Positions 7,990 to 14,419 of a stretch of DNA of 14,419 nt are shown piece by piece. The notes under the pieces were generated by a model, which was given only the letters and a program-made list of their open reading frames with translations, was not told the DNA's origin and did no database searches. Within the stretch, counting starts at the first letter, position 1. Every line of letters begins with the position of its first letter. The stretch lies in the IMG/VR virus record IMGVR_UViG_2663763232_000006; one strand, written 5' to 3'. The position numbers and the translations under genes were made by a program. The DNA comes from a virus (Duplodnaviria > Heunggongvirae > Uroviricota > Caudoviricetes).

Positions 7990-8454
7990 ATGAAGTTTGT
8001 TGCGCCAGAACAGGCACCGGAACAGGCGGAAATCATCAGGAATACGCCGTTCTGGCCTGATGTGGACCTGTCGGAGTTTCGCAGCGTGATGCGCACTGAC
8101 GGCACGGTGACGCAGCCGCGTTTAAAGCAGGTTGCGCTGTCGGCAATTTCGGAGGTCAACGCAGAGCTGTATGAGTTTCGCAGACGCCAGCAGATGCTGG
8201 GGTATGCCTCGCTGGCAGAGGTTCCGGCGGAACAGCTGGACGGCAAAAGTGAGCGCATTCAGCACTATTTCAACGCGGTTTACTGCTGGGCACGCGCCAT
8301 GCTCAACGAACGTTACCAGGACTATGACGCCACGGCGTCCGGTGTGAAGCGGGGCGAGGAACTGGCGGAAGCAAGCGGTGATTTGTGGCGTGACGCACGC
8401 TGGGCCATCAGCCGGGTGCAGGATGCGCCGCACTGCACAGTGGAGCTTATCTGA
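7990..8454 (+). CDS. L: head completion / stabilisation protein (P2 gpL-like)
   Basis: ATG at 7990 with AGGAG 8 nt upstream. The ORF-track GTG at 7927 adds a Pro/Ser-rich extension without an RBS. Stop TGA overlaps the start of X (TGATG). Confidence 0.8.
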   Translation: MKFVAPEQAPEQAEIIRNTPFWPDVDLSEFRSVMRTDGTVTQPRLKQVALSAISEVNAELYEFRRRQQMLGYASLAEVPAEQLDGKSERIQHYFNAVYCWARAMLNERYQDYDATASGVKRGEELAEASGDLWRDARWAISRVQDAPHCTVELI

Positions 8455-8657
8455 TGAAAGTGCGTGCGCATCAGTATGACACGGTGGACGCGCTTTGCTG
8501 GCGTCATTACGGGCGCACGCAGGGTGTCACGGAGCAGGTACTGAAGGCAAATCCGGGGCTTGCCGAATACGGCCCCTTTTTACCTCACGGGCTGCAGGTG
8601 GAGCTGCCGGACATTCCGACCACCACCACCGTGCAGACCGTCCAGCTATGGGACTGA
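8454..8657 (+). CDS. X: tail protein X (P2 gpX-like, LysM-like domain)
   Basis: 67 aa, the same length as P2 gpX, with similar sequence as I recall it (...YGRTQGVTEQVLKANPGLAE...LPHG...VELPD). Confidence 0.88.
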   Translation: MKVRAHQYDTVDALCWRHYGRTQGVTEQVLKANPGLAEYGPFLPHGLQVELPDIPTTTTVQTVQLWD

Positions 8658-8660
8658 ATT

Positions 8661-8876
8661 ATGACGCTTGAGCGAATCAGCGCCTTTATCACGTATTGCA
8701 TCGCCGTCGTGCTGGCCTGGCTGGGCGATTTGTCCATCAAGGATGCCTCAACGCTGGGCGGCCTGATGATTGGTGTGCTGATGCTGGCTATCAACTGGTA
8801 CTACAAACACAAAGCCTACCAGCTTCTGCGCGACGGGCAGATCTCGCGGGAGGACTATGAATCCATCAATCGTTAA
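8661..8876 (+). CDS. holin, 71 aa with two predicted transmembrane domains (class II / pinholin-like)
   Basis: Two hydrophobic segments (ISAFITYCIAVVLAWLG and LGGLMIGVLMLAINWYY) and a charged C-terminus. Sits directly upstream of, and overlapping, the endolysin gene. Shorter than P2 gpY (93 aa). Confidence 0.7.
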   Translation: MTLERISAFITYCIAVVLAWLGDLSIKDASTLGGLMIGVLMLAINWYYKHKAYQLLRDGQISREDYESINR

Positions 8877-9369
8877 ACGCTGCCTTGTCGGGACCGTGCT
8901 GGCTATTGCTGCCACGCTGCCGGGTTTTCAGCAGCTTCACACCTCCGTGGAGGGGCTGAAACTGATTGCCGATTACGAAGGCTGTCGTCTGCAGCCGTAT
9001 CAGTGCAGCGCGGGTGTCTGGACCGACGGCATTGGTAATACATCGGGCGTCATTCCCGGCAAAACCATTACGGAGCGACAGGCAGCGGAAGGGCTGATCT
9101 CCAACGTGCTGCGTGTGGAGCGGGCGCTGGAAAGGTGTGTGAAGCAACAGCCGCCGCAGAAGGTGTATGACGCGGTGGTGTCGTTTGCCTTCAACGTGGG
9201 AACGGGCAATGCCTGCAGTTCCACGCTGGTGAAATTACTCAACCAGCGGCGCTGGGCGGATGCGTGCCGACAGTTGCCGCGCTGGGTTTATGTGAAAGGT
9301 GTTTTTAATCAGGGGCTGGATAACCGCCGTGCGCGGGAGATGGCCTGGTGCTTACAGGGAGCAAACTGA
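8857..9369 (+). CDS. endolysin, T4-lysozyme-like muramidase with N-terminal signal-anchor-release (SAR) domain
   Basis: 170 aa. N-terminal weakly hydrophobic Gly/Ala-rich segment (CLVGTVLAIAATLPGF). The catalytic region EGCRLQPYQCSAGVWT fits an E-x8-C-x5-T triad (Cys where T4 lysozyme has Asp). C-terminal LPRWVYVKG resembles P21 R-type SAR endolysins. Confidence 0.85.
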   Translation: MNPSIVKRCLVGTVLAIAATLPGFQQLHTSVEGLKLIADYEGCRLQPYQCSAGVWTDGIGNTSGVIPGKTITERQAAEGLISNVLRVERALERCVKQQPPQKVYDAVVSFAFNVGTGNACSSTLVKLLNQRRWADACRQLPRWVYVKGVFNQGLDNRRAREMAWCLQGAN

Positions 9370-9370
9370 A

Positions 9371-9748
9371 ATGAAAAAGAAATTAATCAGCGGGCTGTTT
9401 CTGATGTTATGGATGGGGCTGTTGATCGCAACAATGATGTATCCACAGGGGATTTTTCCGGCACTGGCAGCATCTGGTGTCTGGGTAGCCTGTCTGCTGA
9501 CATGGGCAGTAATTCCGGTAGCACTGGCTGCGTTAATTAAGAACGGTCCGCTCTGGCAGGAGTTGAGGGCATCTTTGCTGAAGAGCATTACCCGAAAAGA
9601 AAACGTATTTATCAGCTGGGTGATGCGATTGCTGATTGTCGTCAGTCTCGCCTGGACGGGGTGGGCCATTACCCTGGTCTTTTATCTGCTGACCGTTATT
9701 GCCTTCTGGATCACCCGTAATCAGATGGCGCAACAGGTAGCAGCATGA
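9371..9748 (+). CDS. lysA: LysA-like membrane protein (lysis timing / accessory), 125 aa
   Basis: ATG at 9371 with GGGAG upstream, right after the endolysin stop. Several hydrophobic helices. Position equivalent to P2 lysA. The ORF-track start at 9299 is rejected because it overlaps the endolysin and lacks an RBS. Confidence 0.7.
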   Translation: MKKKLISGLFLMLWMGLLIATMMYPQGIFPALAASGVWVACLLTWAVIPVALAALIKNGPLWQELRASLLKSITRKENVFISWVMRLLIVVSLAWTGWAITLVFYLLTVIAFWITRNQMAQQVAA

Positions 9749-10173
9749 ACCGGTTGCTGCTGGTTGTGCTGACGTTATTACTGGCGGCGCTGGGCTGGCA
9801 GACGTGGCGGCTGGCTGATGCCAGCCAGACCATCAGCACGCAGGCAGACGAGCTGCAGAGCAAAAGCCAGGCACTGGCAAAGAGCAATAGCCAGCTTATC
9901 AGCCTGTCCATTCTGACTGAAACCAATAACCGGGAGCAGGCGCGGCTCTATGCCGAAGCAGAACAGACCATTGCACTGCTGAGACAACGACAACACCGGA
10001 TCGAGGAACTGAAACGTGAGAACGAGGATTTACGCCGCTGGGCTGATACTCCTTTGCCTGCTGACATTATCCGGCTGCGGAAACGTCCGGCACTCACCGG
10101 AGGTATGGCTTACCGTCAGTGGTTGTCCGCGAGTGACGCCGTGTCGGCTGGATCAGGCAGCGCCGCGCATTAA
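9745..10173 (+). CDS. lysB: LysB, Rz-like inner-membrane spanin (i-spanin)
   Basis: 142 aa with an N-terminal transmembrane segment (LLLVVLTLLLAALGW) followed by a charged, coiled-coil-like periplasmic region. Start overlaps the lysA stop. Confidence 0.8.
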   Translation: MNRLLLVVLTLLLAALGWQTWRLADASQTISTQADELQSKSQALAKSNSQLISLSILTETNNREQARLYAEAEQTIALLRQRQHRIEELKRENEDLRRWADTPLPADIIRLRKRPALTGGMAYRQWLSASDAVSAGSGSAAH

Positions 10174-10303
10174 CGGTGATCTGAACGCGTTGCTGGATGA
10201 AACGGAAGCAGCCTGGGCGGCCTGTGCAGACAAAGTGGACATGATTATTGCGTGTCAGGAGCGAAACAGTGAACAAACCACAATCCCTGCGCCACGCCCT
10301 TAA
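10016..10303 (+). CDS. lysC: LysC, Rz1-like outer-membrane lipoprotein spanin (o-spanin), encoded in the +1 frame overlapping lysB
   Basis: GTG start preceded by GAGGAA. Lipoprotein signal with lipobox LSGC. Begins inside lysB and extends past its stop, as in the overlapped Rz/Rz1 architecture described for P2 lysB/lysC. Confidence 0.65.
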   Translation: MRTRIYAAGLILLCLLTLSGCGNVRHSPEVWLTVSGCPRVTPCRLDQAAPRINGDLNALLDETEAAWAACADKVDMIIACQERNSEQTTIPAPRP

Positions 10304-10700
10304 TAAAGCAGTGCCTTATGTCCGTAATAACCCGGACAAACTGCATCTGTTTGTGGATAACGGTTCGCTGGTTGCCACGGGGGCCAGCTCCATGTCATGG
10401 GAGTACCGCTACACCCTGAACGTGGTGATTGAGGATTTCAGCGGCGACCAGAATCTGCTGATGGCCCCGGTTTTGCTGTGGCTTCGGGATAACCAGCCCG
10501 ATGCCATCAATAACCCGGCGTTACGGGAAAAGCTATTCACCTTTGAGGTGGATATTTTGCGCAACGATGTCTGTGATCTCAGCCTTAACCTGCAACTGAC
10601 GGAACGTGTGCTGGTCAGTACTGACGGCAGTGTGTCGAGCGTTGAAGCGGTAGCAGAACCCGATGAACCTGAAGAAATGTGGACGGTGAAACGTGGCTGA
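10269..10700 (+). CDS. R: tail completion protein R (P2 gpR-like)
   Basis: GTG start at 10269 with AGGAG 8 nt upstream; the ORF-track start at 10248 is a TTG. Contains NPDKLHLFVDNGS, RYTLNVVIEDFSGD and WLRDNQPD, similar to P2 gpR as I recall it. Confidence 0.85.
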   Translation: MNKPQSLRHALNKAVPYVRNNPDKLHLFVDNGSLVATGASSMSWEYRYTLNVVIEDFSGDQNLLMAPVLLWLRDNQPDAINNPALREKLFTFEVDILRNDVCDLSLNLQLTERVLVSTDGSVSSVEAVAEPDEPEEMWTVKRG

Positions 10701-11139
10701 ACTGCAGAAGGTGGACGACTGGCTTAGTGCCTTACTGGCGAATCTGGAACCAGTCGCAAGAAGCCGCATGATGCGCCAGCTGGCGCAGGAACTGCGCCGG
10801 ACACAGCAGCAGAATATCAGGATGCAGCGCAATCCAGATGGCAGCAGTTATGAACCGCGCAAGGTCACGGCGCGCAGTAAAAAAGGCCGCATCAAACGTC
10901 AGATGTTTGCAAAGCTGCGCACCACAAAATACCTGAAAACTGCCGCCAGCGCCGACTCTGCCAGCGTACAGTTTGAAGGCAAGGTGCAGCGCATTGCCCG
11001 CGTTCACCATTACGGCCTGCGTGATCGCGTCAGTCGCAAAGGACCTGAGGTCCGTTACGCAGAGCGTCGCCTTCTGGGTGTAAATGATGATGTTGAGGCA
11101 ATGACCCGCGACATGATTCTGCAATGGCTGGCGGGGTGA
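10693..11139 (+). CDS. S: tail completion protein S (P2 gpS-like)
   Basis: 148 aa. GTG start overlapping the R stop. Conserved position between R and V. Confidence 0.82.
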   Translation: MAELQKVDDWLSALLANLEPVARSRMMRQLAQELRRTQQQNIRMQRNPDGSSYEPRKVTARSKKGRIKRQMFAKLRTTKYLKTAASADSASVQFEGKVQRIARVHHYGLRDRVSRKGPEVRYAERRLLGVNDDVEAMTRDMILQWLAG

Positions 11140-11142
11140 TTT

Positions 11143-11162
11143 TTGTATCAGCACTGATACAA
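11143..11162 (+). promoter_or_regulatory. TGT-N12-ACA dyad upstream of V (candidate Ogr-dependent late promoter, PV-like)
   Basis: TTGTATCAG-CA-CTGATACAA is a perfect 9-bp inverted repeat containing TGT-N12-ACA, in the S-V intergenic region where P2 has its PV late promoter. Confidence 0.45.
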
Positions 11163-11207
11163 GTTGCAGCACTGCCGCCTTTCTTCCTCTGATGGCAACC
11201 TTTCCCT

Positions 11208-11786
11208 ATGAACGCACAATTAACCGAAATCATGCGCCTTATCACCAACCTGATCCGCACTGGTGTAGTCACCGAAGTGGACAGGACAAACTGGCTTTGC
11301 CGGGTGAAAACGGGCGACCTTGAAACTAACTGGATTAACTGGCTGACGCTGCGCGCGGGTAATGCCCGCACATGGTGGAAACCATCAGAAGGTGAGCAGG
11401 TGGTGCTGCTGAGTCTGGGCGGCAATCTGGAGACTGCCTTTGCGCTGCCCGCTGTCTATTCGAATCAGTTCGCACCACCGTCGACGTCGGCGGACGCCTG
11501 CGTGACAGAACATCCTGACGGTGGCTGGTTTGAATACGAACCCGCCACCGGGCGCTGGTATGTCAGGGGCATCAAATCAATGGTCATTGAGGCCGCTGAC
11601 AACATCACCATGAAAACCAGTGAGTTTGTACTGGAGGCTGACCGCACGCGCATTAACAGCGAAGTGGTGATCAATGGTGGCGTTACCCAGGGCGGCGGAG
11701 CGATGAGTTCTAACGGGATCGTGGTTGATGCGCATCAGCATACTGGCGTCCTGAAAGGCGGCGATACAACCGGAGGCCCGGTATGA
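11208..11786 (+). CDS. V: baseplate spike / assembly protein V (P2 gpV-like)
   Basis: 192 aa. N-terminus and central region (RTWWKPSEGEQV...LETAFALPAVYS...SADA) resemble P2 gpV as I recall it. Confidence 0.9.
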   Translation: MNAQLTEIMRLITNLIRTGVVTEVDRTNWLCRVKTGDLETNWINWLTLRAGNARTWWKPSEGEQVVLLSLGGNLETAFALPAVYSNQFAPPSTSADACVTEHPDGGWFEYEPATGRWYVRGIKSMVIEAADNITMKTSEFVLEADRTRINSEVVINGGVTQGGGAMSSNGIVVDAHQHTGVLKGGDTTGGPV

Positions 11787-12142
11787 CGCTGTATATCGGC
11801 ATGAGTCAGAGCAACGGAAAAGCTATTACAGACACGGACCATCTGCGCCAGTCGGTGCGGGACATTTTGCTGACGCCACAGGGTAGCCGCATTGCCCGTC
11901 GGGAATATGGTTCCCTGCTGTCGGCGCTGATAGACCAGCCACAAAATCCGGCATTGCGCCTGCAGGTCATGTCGGCAGTGTATGTGGCGCTGAGTCGCTG
12001 GGAGCCACGGCTGACGCTGGATTCCATCACCATCAACAGCAACTTTGACGGTTCTATGGTGGTGGAGCTGACCGGGCGGCGGAATAACGGTGTACCTGTG
12101 TCCCTTTCCGTATCAACAGGAGCAGAGAATGGCAGTGATTGA
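11783..12142 (+). CDS. W: baseplate wedge protein W (P2 gpW-like, gp25/lysozyme-like fold family)
   Basis: 119 aa. ATG overlaps the V stop (ATGA). Sequence consistent with P2 gpW. Confidence 0.9.
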   Translation: MTLYIGMSQSNGKAITDTDHLRQSVRDILLTPQGSRIARREYGSLLSALIDQPQNPALRLQVMSAVYVALSRWEPRLTLDSITINSNFDGSMVVELTGRRNNGVPVSLSVSTGAENGSD

Positions 12143-13037
12143 CCTTTCGCAGTTGCCTGCACCGCAGATTGTGGATGTGCCGGACTTTGAGACGCTGCTT
12201 GCCGAACGCAAGGCAGAATTTGTGGCGCTTCATCCGAAAGATGAGCAGGAAGCAGTGATCCGCACGCTGGAACTGGAATCTGAACCCGTCACCAAATTGT
12301 TGCAGGAGAACGCTTATCGTGAGTTGCTTCTGCGCCAGCGCATTAACGAAGCCGCACAGGCGGTGATGGCGGCTTATGCCATAGGGAGCGATCTGGACCA
12401 GCTCGCTGCCAATTACAACGTGAAACGCCTGACGGTGACACCTGCTGATAATGACGCTGTGCCGCCCGTTGCAGCTGTGATGGAAAGCGATGAAGCGTTA
12501 CGCCTGCGTGTGCCTGCAGCCTTTGAAGGGCTTTCTGTTGCGGGGCCAACTGCAGCTTATGAATTTCATGCCCGAAGCGCCGACGGTCGGGTGGCGGATG
12601 CCAGTGCAACCAGCCCGGCACCTGCAGAGGTGGTGCTGACTGTCCTTAGCCGCGAAGGCGATGGAACTGCAGAAAAAGACCTGCTGGACGTGGTGGAAAA
12701 AGCTCTGAACAGTGAGAACGTCCGCCCGGTGGCTGACCGTCTTACGGTTCGCAGCGCAGAAATCATCCCGTATCGCGTGGAAGCCACCATTTTTCTCTAT
12801 CCGGGACCGGAAGCAGAGCCGGTAATGGCAGCGGCAAAAGCCAGCCTGCAGAAGTACATCGCCAGTCAGACGCGTCTTGGTCGGGATATTCGCCGTAGCG
12901 CCATCTTTGCCGCCCTGCATGTTGAGGGTGTGCAGCGTGTGGAGCTGGCTTCTCCTCTGGCGGATGTGGTCCTGAACAAAACACAGGCGGCATCATGTAC
13001 GCAGTGGAGCGTAACCAACGGAGGAACGGATGAATAG
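12129..13037 (+). CDS. J: baseplate assembly protein J (P2 gpJ-like)
   Basis: ATG at 12129 with AGGAG 6 nt upstream gives 302 aa, the length of P2 gpJ. The ORF-track start at 12090 lacks an RBS. Confidence 0.9.
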   Translation: MAVIDLSQLPAPQIVDVPDFETLLAERKAEFVALHPKDEQEAVIRTLELESEPVTKLLQENAYRELLLRQRINEAAQAVMAAYAIGSDLDQLAANYNVKRLTVTPADNDAVPPVAAVMESDEALRLRVPAAFEGLSVAGPTAAYEFHARSADGRVADASATSPAPAEVVLTVLSREGDGTAEKDLLDVVEKALNSENVRPVADRLTVRSAEIIPYRVEATIFLYPGPEAEPVMAAAKASLQKYIASQTRLGRDIRRSAIFAALHVEGVQRVELASPLADVVLNKTQAASCTQWSVTNGGTDE

Positions 13038-13635
13038 TCTGCTGCCACCGGGTTCAACACCACTGGAGCGCCGACTGGCGCAAACCTGCAGCGGGATTTC
13101 TGATCTGCAGGTACCGCTTCGTGACTTGTGGAATCCGGCAACCTGTCCGGTCAGTTTCCTGCCTTATCTCGCCTGGGCGTTCTCTGTGGATCGCTGGGAC
13201 GAGGGCTGGACAGAAAGCGTCAAGCGCCAGGTGGTGAAGGATGCTTTTTATATTCATCAGTATAAAGGGACCACCAGTGCCGTGCGGCGGGTGGTGGAGC
13301 CGTTCGGCTTTCTGATCCGCATTATTGAGTGGTGGCAAACCGGAGAGGCACCGGGCACGTTTCGCCTGGATATCGGCGTGCAGGACCAGGGCATCACTGA
13401 AGATACCTATCTGGAACTTGAGCGACTGATAAGCGATGCCAAACCATGTAGCCGTCACATGATCGGCATGTCCATCAACCTGCAGACCAGCGGCACGCAT
13501 TGGGTAGGAGCCGCCAGCTATCTTGGCGAAGAAATCACGATCTATCCGTATATCAACGAAACAATTATTTCCGGCGGCACCGCGCATGAAGGCGGGGCGG
13601 TCCATGTTATTGACACAATGAGAGTGAATCCATGA
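13030..13635 (+). CDS. I: baseplate / tail protein I (P2 gpI-like)
   Basis: 201 aa. GGAGGAA upstream of the ATG. Overlaps the J stop and the H start. Confidence 0.88.
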   Translation: MNSLLPPGSTPLERRLAQTCSGISDLQVPLRDLWNPATCPVSFLPYLAWAFSVDRWDEGWTESVKRQVVKDAFYIHQYKGTTSAVRRVVEPFGFLIRIIEWWQTGEAPGTFRLDIGVQDQGITEDTYLELERLISDAKPCSRHMIGMSINLQTSGTHWVGAASYLGEEITIYPYINETIISGGTAHEGGAVHVIDTMRVNP

Positions 13636-14381
13636 GCACAAAATTTTATACCCTGCTGACGGATATTGGCGCGGCGAAACTTGCCAGCGCCGCCGCGCTC
13701 GGTGTGCCGCTAAAAATTACCCATATGGCGGTGGGCGATGGCGGCGGAGTATTGCCAACGCCGGACGCAAAGCAGACGGCACTGGTAAATGAGAAACGCC
13801 GGGCTGCGCTGAATATGCTTTATATCGACCCGCAGAACAGCAGCCAGATTATTGCTGAACAGGTGATCCCTGAAAACGAGGGCGGTTGGTGGATACGTGA
13901 AGTGGGCCTGTTTGATGAGTCCGGGGCATTGATTGCCGTGGGCAACTGCCCGGAAAGCTATAAGCCGCAACTGGCTGAAGGCAGCGGGCGCACCCAGACC
14001 GTGCGCATGGTGCTGATTACCAGCAGTACGGACAATATCACCCTGAAAATCGACCCTGCCGTTGTGCTGGCAACCCGCAAGTATGTGGATGACAAGGCAC
14101 TGGAGCTGAAGGTGTACGTGGATGACCAGATGGCAAAACATCTTGCCGCACTGGACCCGCATTCGCAGTATGCACCCAAAGAAAGTCCAACGTTTACCGG
14201 AACTCCCAAAGCGCCAACGCCAGCGGCGGGGAATAATACCACGCAGCTTGCGACCACCGCATTTGTTCAGGCGGCACTGACGGCTCTTATTAATGGTGCG
14301 CCAGCCACGCTGGACACGCTGAAAGAAATAGCCGCAGCCATTAACAATGATCCGAAATTTAGGGCACTGTTGCAAAGTTAG
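13632..14381 (+). CDS. H: tail fibre protein H, conserved N-terminal (baseplate-proximal) part; reading frame ends at a TAG after 249 codons
   Basis: N-terminus (...MAVGDGGG...ESYKPQLAEGSGR...) and the C-terminal stretch TGTPKAPTPAAGNNTTQLATTAFV...LDTLKEIAAAINNDPKF resemble the conserved part of P2 gpH as I recall it (~669 aa in P2). Here a TAG stop follows directly at 14379-14381. Confidence 0.85.
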   Translation: MSTKFYTLLTDIGAAKLASAAALGVPLKITHMAVGDGGGVLPTPDAKQTALVNEKRRAALNMLYIDPQNSSQIIAEQVIPENEGGWWIREVGLFDESGALIAVGNCPESYKPQLAEGSGRTQTVRMVLITSSTDNITLKIDPAVVLATRKYVDDKALELKVYVDDQMAKHLAALDPHSQYAPKESPTFTGTPKAPTPAAGNNTTQLATTAFVQAALTALINGAPATLDTLKEIAAAINNDPKFRALLQS

Positions 14382-14419
14382 CGATGAGGCAGCCTTTTGT
14401 CTTATTCAAAGGCCTTACA

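Larger units (their letters stand above)
1..14419. mobile_element. P2-like (Peduovirus-type) temperate phage / prophage segment: accessory right-end region, cos, packaging, head, lysis, tail-completion, baseplate and start of tail-fibre genes
   Basis: Conserved P2 gene order Q-P (minus) / O-N-M-L-X-lysis-R-S-V-W-J-I-H (plus), with start/stop overlaps typical of phage late operons; protein-level resemblance to P2 gene products recognised by eye. Confidence 0.9.

Noticed and set aside
12090-12128. Upstream start for gene J, and likewise 9299 for lysA and 10248 (TTG) for R
   Set aside because: These extensions overlap the preceding genes without ribosome-binding sites. The downstream starts have good Shine-Dalgarno spacing and give P2-like protein lengths.
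13710-14375. 221-aa ORF on the minus strand
   Set aside because: Antisense to tail-fibre gene H; Cys/Arg/Gly-rich artefactual translation.
14382-14419. Possible Gin/Hin/Cin-type inversion crossover site right after the H stop
   Set aside because: The visible 38 bp contain no convincing AAACC...GGTTT-type core or 26-bp dyad. Too little sequence to call; left as a hypothesis in the findings.
1-14419. tRNA, rRNA or CRISPR arrays
   Set aside because: No cloverleaf-like conserved tRNA features and no direct-repeat/spacer arrays seen on reading. P2-type integration sites lie near int/ogr, outside this window.

Overview
This window is a segment of a P2-like (Peduovirus-type) temperate phage or prophage, probably from an enterobacterial host. 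Positions ~2400-14419 are GC-rich and carry the conserved P2 late-gene order: portal Q and large terminase P on the minus strand, then on the plus strand scaffold O, major capsid N, small terminase M, head completion L, tail protein X, a lysis cassette (pinholin-like holin, SAR-type endolysin, LysA, overlapped LysB/LysC spanins), tail completion R and S, baseplate V, W, J, I, and the N-terminal part of tail fibre H. All gene calls rest on my reading of the translated ORFs and recollection of P2 proteins; no database search was possible. The left ~2.4 kb is visibly AT-rich and is not P2 core. It holds a cos-like sequence (~1862-1880), a small promoter-gene-terminator 'moron' ORF between cos and Q, and a translationally coupled two-gene operon (333 aa + 207 aa, minus strand) with no recognisable homology. 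That operon sits where P2 carries tin/old, a known hotspot for anti-phage defence cargo, and is the best candidate for an undescribed system here. I could not assign it a mechanism from sequence alone.
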